This document shows, piece by piece, positions 10,149 through 20,474 of a stretch of 64,000 nucleotides of DNA (position 1 is the stretch's first letter; every line of letters begins with the position of its first letter). The notes below the pieces were generated by a model. The model ran no database searches, was not told where the DNA came from, and saw only the letters and a list, made by a program, of their open reading frames with translations. Made by a program: the position numbers and the translations under genes. Location: NCBI GenBank assembly GCA_017472365.1, contig JAFUQN010000158.1, positions 1,659-65,658 of the forward strand, written 5' to 3'. The DNA comes from Bacillota bacterium (lineage in GTDB: Bacteria > Bacillota > Clostridia > Peptostreptococcales > Anaerovoracaceae).

Positions 10149-11342
10149 ATGAAGTACGATTTTGAAACCGTTATGAAACGATACGGCTGTGGTTCCCGGA
10201 AATGGGACGAAATGAGAGAGTACGGCTACAGTGAAATCGATGATATTATTCCGTTCTCTGTTGCGGATATGGAATTCGCTCCTGCACCGGAAATCGTGCA
10301 GGGACTGCAGGATTACATCAGCTGTGCAGTGTTAGGCTACTCCGGAGCTACGGATGAGTTTAAGATCACCACCTGCGACTGGGTGGAAAAGCGTCACGGC
10401 TACCGTCCGAAGGAAGAGTGGATCCTGACTACCCAGGGTGTCGTGGATGCATTTTATCAGGCAATCAACAGCTTTACCGAAGAAGGCGATGGTGTTATGC
10501 TTCTGACTCCGGTTTACTATCCGATGTATAACGGGATCAGAGCGAATAACCGCACTTTGGTGGATTGCCCGCTGGTGAGAAAGGGAACGAGATACGAAAT
10601 CGACTTCGAAGATTTTGAAGCCAAGGCCAAGGATGAAAATACAAAGATGTTCATCCTCTGTAATCCTCACAATCCTTGTTCCAGAGTATGGACACCGGAA
10701 GAGTTGACAAAGATCGCTCAGATCTGTGCGGAAAATGATGTGTTTGTGGTATCGGACGAAATCCATTTCGACCTGTTGATGAATGGTTCGAAACATACCA
10801 TGTTCTTGTCTTTAGGCGAAGAGCTGACGAAAAATGCCATGTCGATCATTGCTCCCAGTAAGACGTTCAATCTGGCCGGATTACAGACTTCCATGGTTCT
10901 GATTCCCAATCCGGAACACCGTGAAACCTTCCTGAAGGGTCAGATGAAGCACACCGGAAATCCGAAGTGCAACATTCTGGGTTATGAAGCTTGTCAGATC
11001 GCTTATAAAAACTGCGAACCCTGGCTGGACGCCGTTTTGGATGTGATCGCAGAAAACAAGCGTGTGATTGAAGAATTCTTTGCGGAACACTTCCCGCAGA
11101 TCAAAATCATGGACTTCGAAGCCACTTACTTACTGTGGATGGACTGGAGCGGTCTGGGAATTGAAGCAAAGGAACTGGAACGAATCAACCGCGAAGAAGC
11201 AGGTCTGTTCTTCGACGAAGGTTATATCTTCGGGGAAGCGGGAGATTGTTTTGAACGCTGGAATCTGGCTTGTCCTACCTGGTGCATCGAAGATGCGCTG
11301 GATCGCATGAAGGAAACTTACGACAAGTATCTGAACAAATAA
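10149..11342 (+). CDS. patB: PLP-dependent C-S lyase / cystathionine beta-lyase (PatB/MalY family aminotransferase class I/II)
   Basis: 397 aa. N-terminus MKYDFETVMKRYGCGSRKWDEM and the internal SKTFNLAGL lysine motif are typical of the MalY/PatB family. Confidence 0.88.
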   Translation: MKYDFETVMKRYGCGSRKWDEMREYGYSEIDDIIPFSVADMEFAPAPEIVQGLQDYISCAVLGYSGATDEFKITTCDWVEKRHGYRPKEEWILTTQGVVDAFYQAINSFTEEGDGVMLLTPVYYPMYNGIRANNRTLVDCPLVRKGTRYEIDFEDFEAKAKDENTKMFILCNPHNPCSRVWTPEELTKIAQICAENDVFVVSDEIHFDLLMNGSKHTMFLSLGEELTKNAMSIIAPSKTFNLAGLQTSMVLIPNPEHRETFLKGQMKHTGNPKCNILGYEACQIAYKNCEPWLDAVLDVIAENKRVIEEFFAEHFPQIKIMDFEATYLLWMDWSGLGIEAKELERINREEAGLFFDEGYIFGEAGDCFERWNLACPTWCIEDALDRMKETYDKYLNK

Positions 11343-11369
11343 ATAATCGATCATTGAGTCGAAACGACA

Positions 11370-11402
11370 AAGGCTGTTCCCAAAAGGAACAGCCTTATTT
11401 TT
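11370..11402. terminator. Bidirectional terminator (patB / GNAT gene)
   Basis: 11-bp stem aaggctgttcc / ggaacagcctt, 5-nt loop, T run after, A-rich before. Confidence 0.8.
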
Positions 11403-11411
11403 ATTCATTCT

Positions 11412-11858
11412 TTACAATTTTTTTCGGATGATTTCAGGAAAACATTTCACACCCCGCTGGGGGCAGGTCTTACAGCTGAGCGAAATATTAGGGGCAGATT
11501 CCCAGTCTACGATCTCCCAGCCCAGGTTCAGGTAGTAGGCTGGCACTTTCGCGTTTCCCCACAGCTCGGTGATTCCCAGTTTCCTGGCTTCTTCAAAAAC
11601 CAGCTCCTGCATCAGCTTTCCATATCCCTGACCGCGAAAATCTTCACGAACGGCCAGGTCGCCCAGCGTGTGGACTCCGCTGAGCAGCTGAAGAGTTGCT
11701 GCAGAAACCAGCGTACCGGTTTTGACGTCTTCCAGACACCACATTTTTACAATGCCTTCCGGAGTCGTCTTCTGGATGGAAGTTTCCAGACCGTTTTCGG
11801 AGAAGAACTGTGCCAGGGAATAGAAGTCGTTGGTTTCCTTGATTATATATGATTTCAT
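11412..11858 (-). CDS. GNAT-family N-acetyltransferase
   Basis: 148 aa with the acetyl-CoA binding motif LAVREDFRGQGYGKLLM-like (RGQGYGK). GAGGA RBS. Confidence 0.8.
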   Translation of the reverse strand: MKSYIIKETNDFYSLAQFFSENGLETSIQKTTPEGIVKMWCLEDVKTGTLVSAATLQLLSGVHTLGDLAVREDFRGQGYGKLMQELVFEEARKLGITELWGNAKVPAYYLNLGWEIVDWESAPNISLSCKTCPQRGVKCFPEIIRKKL

Positions 11859-11999
11859 GGGGCATCCTCGCTTTCGGATTCGTTACATCCAGTGTACAGG
11901 ATACGTGAAAACGTGACAAGAAAAAAACGAAAAACCTATTGAAATCCTGTCGAAAATAAGCGATGATAGAAACAGATTTTTCTTAACAGGAGGGTAATC

Positions 12000-13247
12000 A
12001 TGAAAGCTGAACAAGTGAAAATGTATATGGGTATGAGTGAGGAACAGCATCAGGCGAACGTTCAGAAAGCAAAGGAAAATCTGAAGGACGTATTAAAGCC
12101 TACACCGCTGATCCACAGTGATTTTTACAGCAATGAATACGGTTGTGATATTTATATTAAGCCTGAAAACTTACAGATAACCGGATCCTTCAAGATCCGA
12201 GGCGCTTACAATAAAATTATGAATCTGACGGAAGAAGAAGCGGCGCACGGCGTGATTGCCTCTTCCGCTGGAAACCACGCTCAGGGCGTGGCATACGCTG
12301 CGCAGAAGCGCGGGATCAAAGCGACCATCGTAATGCCCAACGTTACTCCGCTGCTGAAGGTGAATGCGACCAAGGCGTACGGTGCTGACGTGGTGATCCA
12401 CGGTGACGTTTATGATGATGCTTACAGCAAAGCCGTGAATCTGTCGCAGGATAAGGGATATACTTTCGTACATCCGTTTGATGATTATGATGTTATGTGC
12501 GGTCAGGGTACCATCGGTCTGGAAATTCTGGACGATTTGTGCGATGTGGACGAAGTCCTCGTTCCCATCGGCGGCGGCGGCCTGATCGGAGGAATTGCCA
12601 TGGCCATCAAGACTGTAAGACCTGATGTGAAGGTGGTCGGTGTATCCCCGGTGGGATCCATGGCGATGAAGATCTCCCTGGATGAGGGACAGGTGTCCCG
12701 ACTGGCAACAGTAAAGACCAGTGCAGAAGGTGTTGCGGTACGTCAGCCCGGCGATCTGACCTTTGCTATGGCGCAGAAGTACGTGGACGAGATTATTACC
12801 GTAACAGAAAAGGATATCATGGATGCTGTCCTGGTCGTTATGGAAAAGCATAAGCTGATCGCAGAAACTGCAGGTGTAGTTCCTCTGGCGGGTGTCAGAA
12901 AAAGAGCAAAGCCCGGTAAGAAGATCGTATGTCTCATGAGCGGCGGCAACATCGACGTGGTGACCATTTCTTCCATCGTAAATCAGGGTCTGATCAGCCG
13001 TGGAAGAATCATGTGCTTCGGCGTGGAACTGCCGGATAAGCCCGGTCAGCTGGTAAAGGTTGCTTCTTTACTGGCAGAAAACGGTGCCAACGTTATCGAG
13101 CTGCAGCATAACCAGTTCAAGGCCATCGACCGCTACTCCAACAAGGTAGTGCTGGAAGTGACTGTCGAAACTAACGGCCACGAACATATCAAGCAGCTGC
13201 TGGAAGTTTTGGAAGACAACAACTTCATTCCGAACAGAATTTACTAA
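12000..13247 (+). CDS. ilvA: Threonine ammonia-lyase (threonine dehydratase) with C-terminal ACT-like domain
   Basis: 415 aa. PLP-lysine region ENLQITGSFKIRGAYNK, glycine loop GGGGLIGG, C-terminal regulatory domain. AGGAGGG RBS. Confidence 0.9.
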   Translation: MKAEQVKMYMGMSEEQHQANVQKAKENLKDVLKPTPLIHSDFYSNEYGCDIYIKPENLQITGSFKIRGAYNKIMNLTEEEAAHGVIASSAGNHAQGVAYAAQKRGIKATIVMPNVTPLLKVNATKAYGADVVIHGDVYDDAYSKAVNLSQDKGYTFVHPFDDYDVMCGQGTIGLEILDDLCDVDEVLVPIGGGGLIGGIAMAIKTVRPDVKVVGVSPVGSMAMKISLDEGQVSRLATVKTSAEGVAVRQPGDLTFAMAQKYVDEIITVTEKDIMDAVLVVMEKHKLIAETAGVVPLAGVRKRAKPGKKIVCLMSGGNIDVVTISSIVNQGLISRGRIMCFGVELPDKPGQLVKVASLLAENGANVIELQHNQFKAIDRYSNKVVLEVTVETNGHEHIKQLLEVLEDNNFIPNRIY

Positions 13248-13262
13248 TATACGGATGTGATC

Positions 13263-13301
13263 AACATGCTCTGAAACGTTACGTTTCGGGGCATGTTTTT
13301 T
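13263..13301 (+). terminator. Rho-independent terminator of ilvA
   Basis: aacatgctctgaaacg / cgtttcggggcatgtt stem (two G-U pairs) followed by tttttt. Confidence 0.75.
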
Positions 13302-13426
13302 GTAGGATGATAATGAAACAAAACTGCATAAAAAAGTGCGAAAAGTTTATAATAAAACAATAAAAAAGAGCGATGATTATTTGTGATTCGTTTTGCAAGT
13401 TTTTGAAAAATAAATCACTAAAATTG

Positions 13427-13455
13427 TTTACTTTTCAATCAAAAGGTGGTATATT
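13427..13455 (+). promoter_or_regulatory. Candidate gap promoter with extended -10
   Basis: TTTACT, a 17-nt spacer ending in TGg, then TATATT, 35 nt upstream of the gap RBS. Confidence 0.45.
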
Positions 13456-13489
13456 GTATTCAGAACAAATCAAGGAGGAATAAATTATA

Positions 13490-14506
13490 ATGGCTACTAA
13501 AATTGCGATCAATGGATTTGGAAGAATTGGAAGACTGGCTTTCAGACAGATTTTCGAAGATAAGAGTATGGAAGTCGTTGCGATCAACGACCTGACAGAA
13601 CCCAAGATGCTGGCTCACCTGCTGAAGTATGACAGCGTACAGGGTAGATATAAGCACGAAGTTACCTGTGATGATCACTCCATCACCGTAGATGGAACTC
13701 AGATCACCATCCTGGCTGAAAAGGATCCCGCGAACTTACCGTGGAAAGAACTGGGCGTAGACATCGTTCTGGAATGTACCGGTTTCTTCGCTTCTAAGGC
13801 AAAGTCCCAGGCTCACATCGACGCTGGTGCTAAGAAGGTTGTGATCTCCGCTCCTGCTGGCAGCGACCTGAAGACCATCGTATATGGTACCAACCACGAA
13901 ACACTGACCGAAGAAGATAATATCATTTCTGCAGCTTCCTGCACCACCAACTGTCTGGCTCCCATGGCTAAGGCTCTGAACAACTATCGTGAAATCAGAA
14001 CCGGTTTCATGACCACCATCCACGCTTATACCGGCGACCAGATGATTCTGGACGGTCCGCACAGAAAGGGTGACCTGAGAAGAGCAAGAGCTGGCGCGAT
14101 CAACATCGTTCCCAACAGCACCGGCGCTGCTAAGGCTATCGGTTTGGTAATCCCTGAACTGGACGGAAGACTGATCGGTTCCGCACAGAGAGTTCCCGTA
14201 GCTTCCGGTTCTATCACCATTCTGGACGCTACTCTGAAGGATGAAACTGAATCTGTAACCGTAGAAGGTATCAACGCTGCTATGAAGGCTGCTGCTAACG
14301 AATCCTTCGGTTACACTGAAGAAGAACTGGTTTCCAGCGACATCATCGGTATGGAATACGGTTCTCTGTTCGACGCAACTCAGACTCTGGCTCAGAGATG
14401 CGGTACCAAGATCTACGAAGTTCGTGTTGTTGCTTGGTATGACAACGAAAATTCCTACGTATCTCAGATGGTAAGAACTCTGAAGTATCTGAAGAAGTTT
14501 GTATAA
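13490..14506 (+). CDS. gap: Type I glyceraldehyde-3-phosphate dehydrogenase
   Basis: 338 aa. [11 protein letters not shown] motif and catalytic [20 protein letters not shown]. Flanked by its own promoter-like element and terminator. Confidence 0.96.
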   Translation: MATKIAINGFGRIGRLAFRQIFEDKSMEVVAINDLTEPKMLAHLLKYDSVQGRYKHEVTCDDHSITVDGTQITILAEKDPANLPWKELGVDIVLECTGFFASKAKSQAHIDAGAKKVVISAPAGSDLKTIVYGTNHETLTEEDNIISAASCTTNCLAPMAKALNNYREIRTGFMTTIHAYTGDQMILDGPHRKGDLRRARAGAINIVPNSTGAAKAIGLVIPELDGRLIGSAQRVPVASGSITILDATLKDETESVTVEGINAAMKAAANESFGYTEEELVSSDIIGMEYGSLFDATQTLAQRCGTKIYEVRVVAWYDNENSYVSQMVRTLKYLKKFV

Positions 14507-14524
14507 TCCATGTAATACAATAGC

Positions 14525-14559
14525 AAAAGGGTGCCCTGTAAAACACAGGACACCCTTTT
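14525..14559. terminator. Bidirectional terminator (gap / nth)
   Basis: aaaagggtgccctgt / acaggacaccctttt stem with one mismatch, between convergent genes. Confidence 0.8.
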
Positions 14560-14585
14560 CATTTATGTAGCTTGTATGACGCTTT

Positions 14586-15236
14586 CTATTTCGCTTTTTT
14601 TACGTCCAGATTTTTCTTGCACAGTTCCCGGACACCGCAAGTTTCACATTGAGGTTTTCGCGCATCACAGACCTGGCGACCGTGCCAGATCAAGGCGTGG
14701 TGAAGAGCGCTCCAATGCTCTTCCGGAACGGCTTTCATCAGACCCAGTTCGGTCTTTAATACATCGGTCTCTTTGACAAACCCCATGCGGTTAGCCAGAC
14801 GGAATACGTGGGTATCCACGGCGATACGTTGATGACCGAAGCCGACGGATAAAACCACGTTGGCGGTTTTCCGGCCCACCCCGGGACGCTCGATCAGCTT
14901 ATCGTAATCATCGGGGACTTCTCCATTATACTTTTCTACCAGCATCTGCGCCATTTTGATGATGTTTTTGGATTTGGTTTTGTACATTCCGATGCGTTTG
15001 ATCAGACTCTGCAGCTCTTCCTCGCTGATTTGAGCCATGGCGTGAGCGTCAGGGCAGCGCTCGAACAACGCCGGTGTTACTTCGTTCACGCTTTTGTCCG
15101 TGGTCTGGGCAGAAAGCGCCACGGCGACGATCAGCTGATAGACGGTTCCAAAGTGAAGTGCACATTCTGCATTGGGGTATAATTCCAATAATTTATCGAC
15201 CAGGGGCTGAACTTCAGCCTTCTTTAATTTTGCCAT
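14586..15236 (-). CDS. nth: Endonuclease III (DNA-(apurinic or apyrimidinic site) lyase)
   Basis: HhH-GPD motif (PGVGRKTANVVL) and C-terminal 4Fe-4S cluster loop C-x6-C-x2-C-x5-C. Start trimmed from 15359 to the ATG at 15236 (MAKLKKAEV...), which has an AAGGAG RBS. Confidence 0.92.
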   Translation of the reverse strand: MAKLKKAEVQPLVDKLLELYPNAECALHFGTVYQLIVAVALSAQTTDKSVNEVTPALFERCPDAHAMAQISEEELQSLIKRIGMYKTKSKNIIKMAQMLVEKYNGEVPDDYDKLIERPGVGRKTANVVLSVGFGHQRIAVDTHVFRLANRMGFVKETDVLKTELGLMKAVPEEHWSALHHALIWHGRQVCDARKPQCETCGVRELCKKNLDVKKAK

Positions 15237-15375
15237 GAGAAACTCCTTTTCTTCGGCCACCCGGAAAAATCCGGAGACGTTGTGGGGATTACCGCGGTAC
15301 GGTTGTAATTTAAATATATACTTTATATACCATTTTGTCACGAAAACCAAACGAAACAAAGGAGAAACTTTTTCT

Positions 15376-15450
15376 GACCCGTGGGTCGATTATTCCCTTG
15401 ACCCATTTTGGGAAGCGTACTATAATGATAACGCACCGACCCGTCGGTCG
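15376..15450 (+). promoter_or_regulatory. Consensus promoter of the MFP-RND-TetR operon bracketed by two near-identical 13-nt operator-like sites
   Basis: TTGACC (15398-15403), a 17-nt spacer, TATAAT (15421-15426). Sites are gacccgtgggtcg (15376-15388) and gacccgtcggtcg (15438-15450), each an inverted repeat GACC..GGTC. Confidence 0.6.
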
Positions 15451-15482
15451 GTTTTCTGATTGTCACAGGAGGATTAGAGTAT

Positions 15483-16565
15483 ATGAGCAAGAATAAAAAA
15501 ATATTGATTGCGATTGTGGCCGTACTGGTTCTGTTTTCCGCGTACCGGATCATCAGTGCCAATGTGGGCGCGGAGGAAGAAGAAGAAAAATACCGTGTCA
15601 ACGTTAAAACGAGCCAGGTGGAAGTCATGGATCTGACGACAACATCTCCGTTGACGGGATCGATCCAGGCTGAAAATCAGGTGATTCTGGCGGCGGCCCT
15701 TCAGGGGGAAGTCACCGGTGTCTATGTGGAAGTGGGCGATTATGTTACTGCCGGAACTACACTGGTAACGCTGGATACTTCTTCCGTCAGTGCGAGCTAC
15801 GGTCAGGCATCTGCTGCGTATAATATGGCGGTAGAGGGACTGAACACTGCGAAGGTGACCTACGAACGGATGAAGACTCTGTACGAAGAAGGTGCAATTT
15901 CAAAGCAGGCGCTGGAACAGGCACAGATGGGCTATACCACGGCACAGGAACAGGTGAACCAGGCGAAAGCGGCACTGGGAAGTGCGGGTACTGCTGTAGG
16001 TTACGGAACGATCACTGCACCGATCGACGGTTATGTGACCGGTCTGAGTGCTGTAGTGGGTCAGTTCCCGGGAAACCCGGTTGCTACGGTCAGCGATACT
16101 TCTACGCTGGAAATCAACTGCAGTGTTTCGGAATATCTGATCGGCAGCATCAAAGTGGGTGATCCGGTGGCGATCACCGTAAAGGCTCACCCCGGCGTGA
16201 ATTTCACCGGCACTGTAAAAACCGTATCTCCGGCTCCCGGACTGGGCAGTTTTACTTATCCGGTATCCATCGGTATCGATGAAGGCCAGGAGGGATTGAT
16301 GGCGGGGATGTTTGCGGAAGTCCATGTGACATCCAACAGCAAGGAACAGGTCATCGCTGTACCGTCTGATGCGGTTCTGATCAAAAATGGCGAAACACAG
16401 GTAGTCGTACTGAACGATTTGATTCCGGAATATGTGAAGGTGGAAACCGGTCTGGACAACGGAGAATATGTTGAAATCCTTTCCGGTCTGGCGGAAGGAC
16501 AGACCATCGTCACCACCGGACAGCATTATGTTGTGGCCGGTGAAGAAGTCAATATCGTAGAATAA
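15483..16565 (+). CDS. Efflux RND transporter periplasmic adaptor subunit (HlyD/MFP family)
   Basis: 360 aa. N-terminal TM anchor, coiled-coil hairpin segment, lipoyl/beta-barrel motifs (ITAPIDGYVTGL). AGGAGGA RBS. Confidence 0.88.
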   Translation: MSKNKKILIAIVAVLVLFSAYRIISANVGAEEEEEKYRVNVKTSQVEVMDLTTTSPLTGSIQAENQVILAAALQGEVTGVYVEVGDYVTAGTTLVTLDTSSVSASYGQASAAYNMAVEGLNTAKVTYERMKTLYEEGAISKQALEQAQMGYTTAQEQVNQAKAALGSAGTAVGYGTITAPIDGYVTGLSAVVGQFPGNPVATVSDTSTLEINCSVSEYLIGSIKVGDPVAITVKAHPGVNFTGTVKTVSPAPGLGSFTYPVSIGIDEGQEGLMAGMFAEVHVTSNSKEQVIAVPSDAVLIKNGETQVVVLNDLIPEYVKVETGLDNGEYVEILSGLAEGQTIVTTGQHYVVAGEEVNIVE

Positions 16566-16577
16566 AGGAGGCCGCTC

Positions 16578-19500
16578 ATGAATTTCTCATCAATTTCGGT
16601 CAAGCGGCCGGTCACTACGATCATGCTTTTGATGATCGTAGTTCTTCTGGGGGTAACTTCTCTGATGGGGATCCCCATGGATTTGATGCCGGAAATGGAA
16701 ATTCCGGTGGCCATCGCCATGATTTCCTATCCCAACGCATCGCCGCAGGAAGTGGAAACCATGATCACGAAACCGGTGGAAGCGGCCCTGGCGTCTTGTG
16801 AGGGGTTGAAAAATATCGTCTCAATGACCATGGCCGGAAGTTCAGTCACCATGATCGAATTCGAAATGGATACGGATATGAACTTCGCTACGCTGGATAT
16901 GCGTGAAAAAATTGCTTTGATTGAAGGGTATCTGCCGGCAAATGCCACAGATCCCATGATCATGAAGATGAATCTGAATTCCACGCCTGTGGTACAGGTA
17001 TACGTATCCGGCGATATGGCGCTGGATCAGTTATACAATCGTGTGGAAGATTCCGTTGTCAGTGCCTTTGAACGCGCCAGCGGGGTTGCTTCTGTGTCGG
17101 TCAGCGGCGGTCTTGAAACGGAAATCGCCGTGACTTTAGACCAGGAACGTCTTCTGGGATATGGATTGTCCCTGTCCACTATCAGTCAGATGCTGGCCGC
17201 AGATAACCTGAACATGCCCAGCGGTAACGTGGAAAAAGGCTCCACAGAGCTGATCGTCCGTACCATCGGGGAATTTGAATCGGTGGAAGATATCAAGAGA
17301 TATCCCATGATCCTGGCCACCGGTGAAGTAGTGCGCCTGGGTGATATTGCGCACATCGAAGAGCGATATAAGGATCAGGATTCCATCAGCCGTATCGACG
17401 GAAACACTGCCATCGGTGTATCTATCATGAAACAGTCTTCTGCCAATACGGTGGAAGTATCCAAATCCATCCGTAAGGCTATGGCTACGCTGGAAAAGAC
17501 CAATCCGGACCTGACCTTTACCATCGGTATGGACCAGGCGGACTTCATTCAGCTGGCGGTATCGTCCGTTGCGGAATCCGCCGTTCTCGGGGGGATTTTG
17601 GCCATTGTTGTCGTTTTCCTGTTCCTGAGAAATCTGGGATCCACGATGATCATCGCCATCTCCATCCCCACGTCCTTCCTGGCAACCTTCGTCCTGATGA
17701 ACTACACAGGAATGACGCTGAATCTGCTGACTCTCTGCGGTCTGACACTGGGTGTCGGGATGCTGGTGGATAACTCCATCGTTGTACTGGAAAATGTGTA
17801 CAGCATGAATCAGACGATCAATGATCCGTACCGGGCTTCGATCGAAGGAAGTAAACAGGTCTTCCTGTCGGTTGTAGCATCCACACTGACCAGTGTCGTC
17901 GTTTATCTTCCCATTGCGCTGAGTGACGGATATGCAGGTATGGTCTTTAAGGATTTCTGTTTCACCATTATCTTTGCGCTGCTGGCATCTCTCGTAGTCT
18001 CCATGACTGTGGTGCCCATGCTCTGCTCCAAGATTCTGACCAGAGAAGTCCATACGGACTATATGAGAATCGGGAAGAAACGTTACAAATTCCGCTTTAT
18101 TCCTAAGTTTACAAAGATGATCGACGCTCTGACTGTGTGGTATGGTGAAGTGATCACCGGTGCATTGCAGAAAAGAAAAAAGACGATCGTTACATGTATG
18201 TTGATCTTTGTCGTATCCCTCAGCCTGGTGCTGATGGTAGGTGCGGAATTGCTTCCGGAGAGTGACCAGGGGATGATCTCTATTTCTGTAGAAGCTCCTT
18301 ACGGTACATCACTGGAAGAACGTAACGCGATGGTATCGGAAATGGAAGAATACCTTCTGACCATTCCCGAGGTGAAGCATTTATCCGTGGATATTTCCTC
18401 CAGTTCCCTGCTGGGAGGACAGTCCACAACCTCCACCTTATCTGTGACTCTGACCGGAAAAACGGAACGCAGCCGCAGCACGGGGGAAATTGCAAAAGAA
18501 ATCAAACGTGAGTTTTCGGATATTGCCGGTGCGGATATTTCTGTCAGTGAAACTTCCATGACATCCATGATGACCGGTGGGGCAAGTATCGGGCTTTACA
18601 TCTACGGTGACGAGCTGGAAGTCCTGGAAAACGTAGGCAACGATCTGGTGAGCCGCTTTATGGAAGTGGATGGCATTTCGGAAGCATCCATTGACGTAAC
18701 GGAGGGAAATCCGGAAATCCGGGTGAAGCTGAACCGTTCCGTGGCTTCCAATTTCGGAATCACGGCATATCAGCTGGCCAATGCGCTGGAATCTTCCCTG
18801 TCGGGAAGTACGGCCACCAATTTGAAAGTGGACGGAAATGAAATTGCGATCAATTTGTCGCTGAATGATACCTACGGGAAAACCGTTGACAACATGAAGC
18901 AGGTGATGATCCCCACGCCCATGGGAACTACCATTCCGGTGGGCCAGGTTGCCGATTTTGAATTCGACAACTCTCCTACGGTAATCAACCGTCAGAATCA
19001 GGTTCGTGTCGTAACTCTGTCCGCATATGTGGAGGGTCGTGACCTTGGTTCGGTATCTGCGGACATCAATAAAGTTATCGAAAGCTATCCCTTCCCGGAA
19101 GGATATTATTACGACAATGGCGGTCAGCAGGAAGAAATGGTCGACGCTTTTGGACAGCTGGGTCTGGCGTTGATTGTGGCAATCTTACTGGTTTATATGC
19201 TGTTGGCTGCGCAGTTCGAATCGCTGGTATTACCGCTGATCGTTATGATCGCTGTACCCTTTGCGATGTCCGGCGCATTCCTGGCGCTGTTCTTTGCAGG
19301 TATGAGATTATCTATGATCTCATTCACAAGCTTGGTTATTCTGATCGGTATCGTTGTTAACAATGCGATCCTGCTGGTGGAATTCATTAAAATCAATTCC
19401 GAAACCATGGGCCGTGACGAAGCAATCATCGAAGCCGGCAGAAGCCGTCTCCGTCCGATTTTGATGACCAGTTTGACCACCATCGTGGGTATGATCCCCA

Positions 19501-19721
19501 TGTCTCTGGGTCGTGGCGACGGCGGCGAAATTCTGGCGCCTATGGGTGTATCCATCATGGGTGGTCTGGTAGGCTCCACCATCGGTGCGCTGCTGCTGGT
19601 TCCTGTCCTCTACGCATGGAACGACGACAGACATAACCGCAGAATGGAAGAAAAGAAAAAGCATGCCGAAGAAATCGCTGAACTGGAACGCCAGTGGGCG
19701 ATGGAAACGGAAACAAAGTAA
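16578..19721 (+). CDS. RND-family efflux permease (AcrB/AcrD/AcrF family)
   Basis: 1047 aa. N-terminus FSISVKRPVTTIMLLMIVVLLG and a 12-TM layout with two large extracytoplasmic loops. AAGGAGG RBS. 12 nt after the adaptor gene. Confidence 0.93.
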   Translation: MNFSSISVKRPVTTIMLLMIVVLLGVTSLMGIPMDLMPEMEIPVAIAMISYPNASPQEVETMITKPVEAALASCEGLKNIVSMTMAGSSVTMIEFEMDTDMNFATLDMREKIALIEGYLPANATDPMIMKMNLNSTPVVQVYVSGDMALDQLYNRVEDSVVSAFERASGVASVSVSGGLETEIAVTLDQERLLGYGLSLSTISQMLAADNLNMPSGNVEKGSTELIVRTIGEFESVEDIKRYPMILATGEVVRLGDIAHIEERYKDQDSISRIDGNTAIGVSIMKQSSANTVEVSKSIRKAMATLEKTNPDLTFTIGMDQADFIQLAVSSVAESAVLGGILAIVVVFLFLRNLGSTMIIAISIPTSFLATFVLMNYTGMTLNLLTLCGLTLGVGMLVDNSIVVLENVYSMNQTINDPYRASIEGSKQVFLSVVASTLTSVVVYLPIALSDGYAGMVFKDFCFTIIFALLASLVVSMTVVPMLCSKILTREVHTDYMRIGKKRYKFRFIPKFTKMIDALTVWYGEVITGALQKRKKTIVTCMLIFVVSLSLVLMVGAELLPESDQGMISISVEAPYGTSLEERNAMVSEMEEYLLTIPEVKHLSVDISSSSLLGGQSTTSTLSVTLTGKTERSRSTGEIAKEIKREFSDIAGADISVSETSMTSMMTGGASIGLYIYGDELEVLENVGNDLVSRFMEVDGISEASIDVTEGNPEIRVKLNRSVASNFGITAYQLANALESSLSGSTATNLKVDGNEIAINLSLNDTYGKTVDNMKQVMIPTPMGTTIPVGQVADFEFDNSPTVINRQNQVRVVTLSAYVEGRDLGSVSADINKVIESYPFPEGYYYDNGGQQEEMVDAFGQLGLALIVAILLVYMLLAAQFESLVLPLIVMIAVPFAMSGAFLALFFAGMRLSMISFTSLVILIGIVVNNAILLVEFIKINSETMGRDEAIIEAGRSRLRPILMTSLTTIVGMIPMSLGRGDGGEILAPMGVSIMGGLVGSTIGALLLVPVLYAWNDDRHNRRMEEKKKHAEEIAELERQWAMETETK

Positions 19722-19741
19722 TGGTTTTGGTTTGTGTGGAT

Positions 19742-20383
19742 ATGAATATGAAGGAAAAAATGCAGAAAAAGCGACAGGCGATTTTAGATGCAGCGTTGAC
19801 CGTATTTGTAAAGAACGGATATGAAAAGACGAAGATTATCGATATCGCCCAGACGGCAGGAATCGGAAAGGGAACGGTGTACGAGTATTTCGACAGTAAA
19901 GAAGCCCTTTTCCGGTGCCTTCTGGATGAGTACTGTCAGTATTACAAAGAAAGCGTAGAAACGATGATGACAGAACTGGCCGGAGCACCCTGCAGAGAAA
20001 AACTCCTGGTCATGATGCGCATGGAGACGGCGTTAAAGGAACAAGTTCATCTCAGTTCTCTGGATCCGATGCAGCTGCAGGTAGAGTTTACGAATTTTCC
20101 GGGGTTGAAACAGGCCATCGGGGAAATGCTGAAATATAAATTCAATGCGGTTCACGATATCCTCCAGGAGGGAGTTGACCGCGGCGAATTTCGCCGTATG
20201 AGCGTTCATCTGGCAACCGCAGTCCTGATGGGGGCCTGCTCTACGGCGGCCGGGTTTGTGGATAATCCGCCGCAGCCGGTGTGTGAGGTCGTCACATCCC
20301 TGCATCTGACCGATGCGGATATTGCGGAGGAATTCACCGATGAGAAGCTTCTGGATTTGCTTCTCAATGGGTTCTGCGCATAA
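19742..20383 (+). CDS. TetR/AcrR-family transcriptional regulator
   Basis: N-terminal HTH KKRQAILDAALTVFVKNGYEKTKIIDIAQTAGIGKGTVYEYF. Start trimmed from 19694 (which would overlap the RND gene) to the ATG at 19742; the ATG at 19748 is also possible. Confidence 0.88.
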   Translation: MNMKEKMQKKRQAILDAALTVFVKNGYEKTKIIDIAQTAGIGKGTVYEYFDSKEALFRCLLDEYCQYYKESVETMMTELAGAPCREKLLVMMRMETALKEQVHLSSLDPMQLQVEFTNFPGLKQAIGEMLKYKFNAVHDILQEGVDRGEFRRMSVHLATAVLMGACSTAAGFVDNPPQPVCEVVTSLHLTDADIAEEFTDEKLLDLLLNGFCA

Positions 20384-20403
20384 AAAAGAAATAGTTTTTA
20401 AAG

Positions 20404-20463
20404 ACAAAGTGTTGTATAATAGTAAAGTTATTTCTTTACAGATACAACACTTGTTTTTTTTGA
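20404..20463 (+). terminator. Rho-independent terminator after the TetR gene
   Basis: acaaagtgttgtat / atacaacacttgt stem (one bulge) with a structured loop, followed by a run of nine or more T. Confidence 0.7.
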
Positions 20464-20474
20464 AAGGATAGATT

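Noticed and set aside
17136-18053. 305-aa ORF antisense to the RND permease gene
   Set aside because: Shadow ORF inside a strongly supported 1047-aa gene. No start context, and an atypical Gly/His/Asp/Gln-rich composition.
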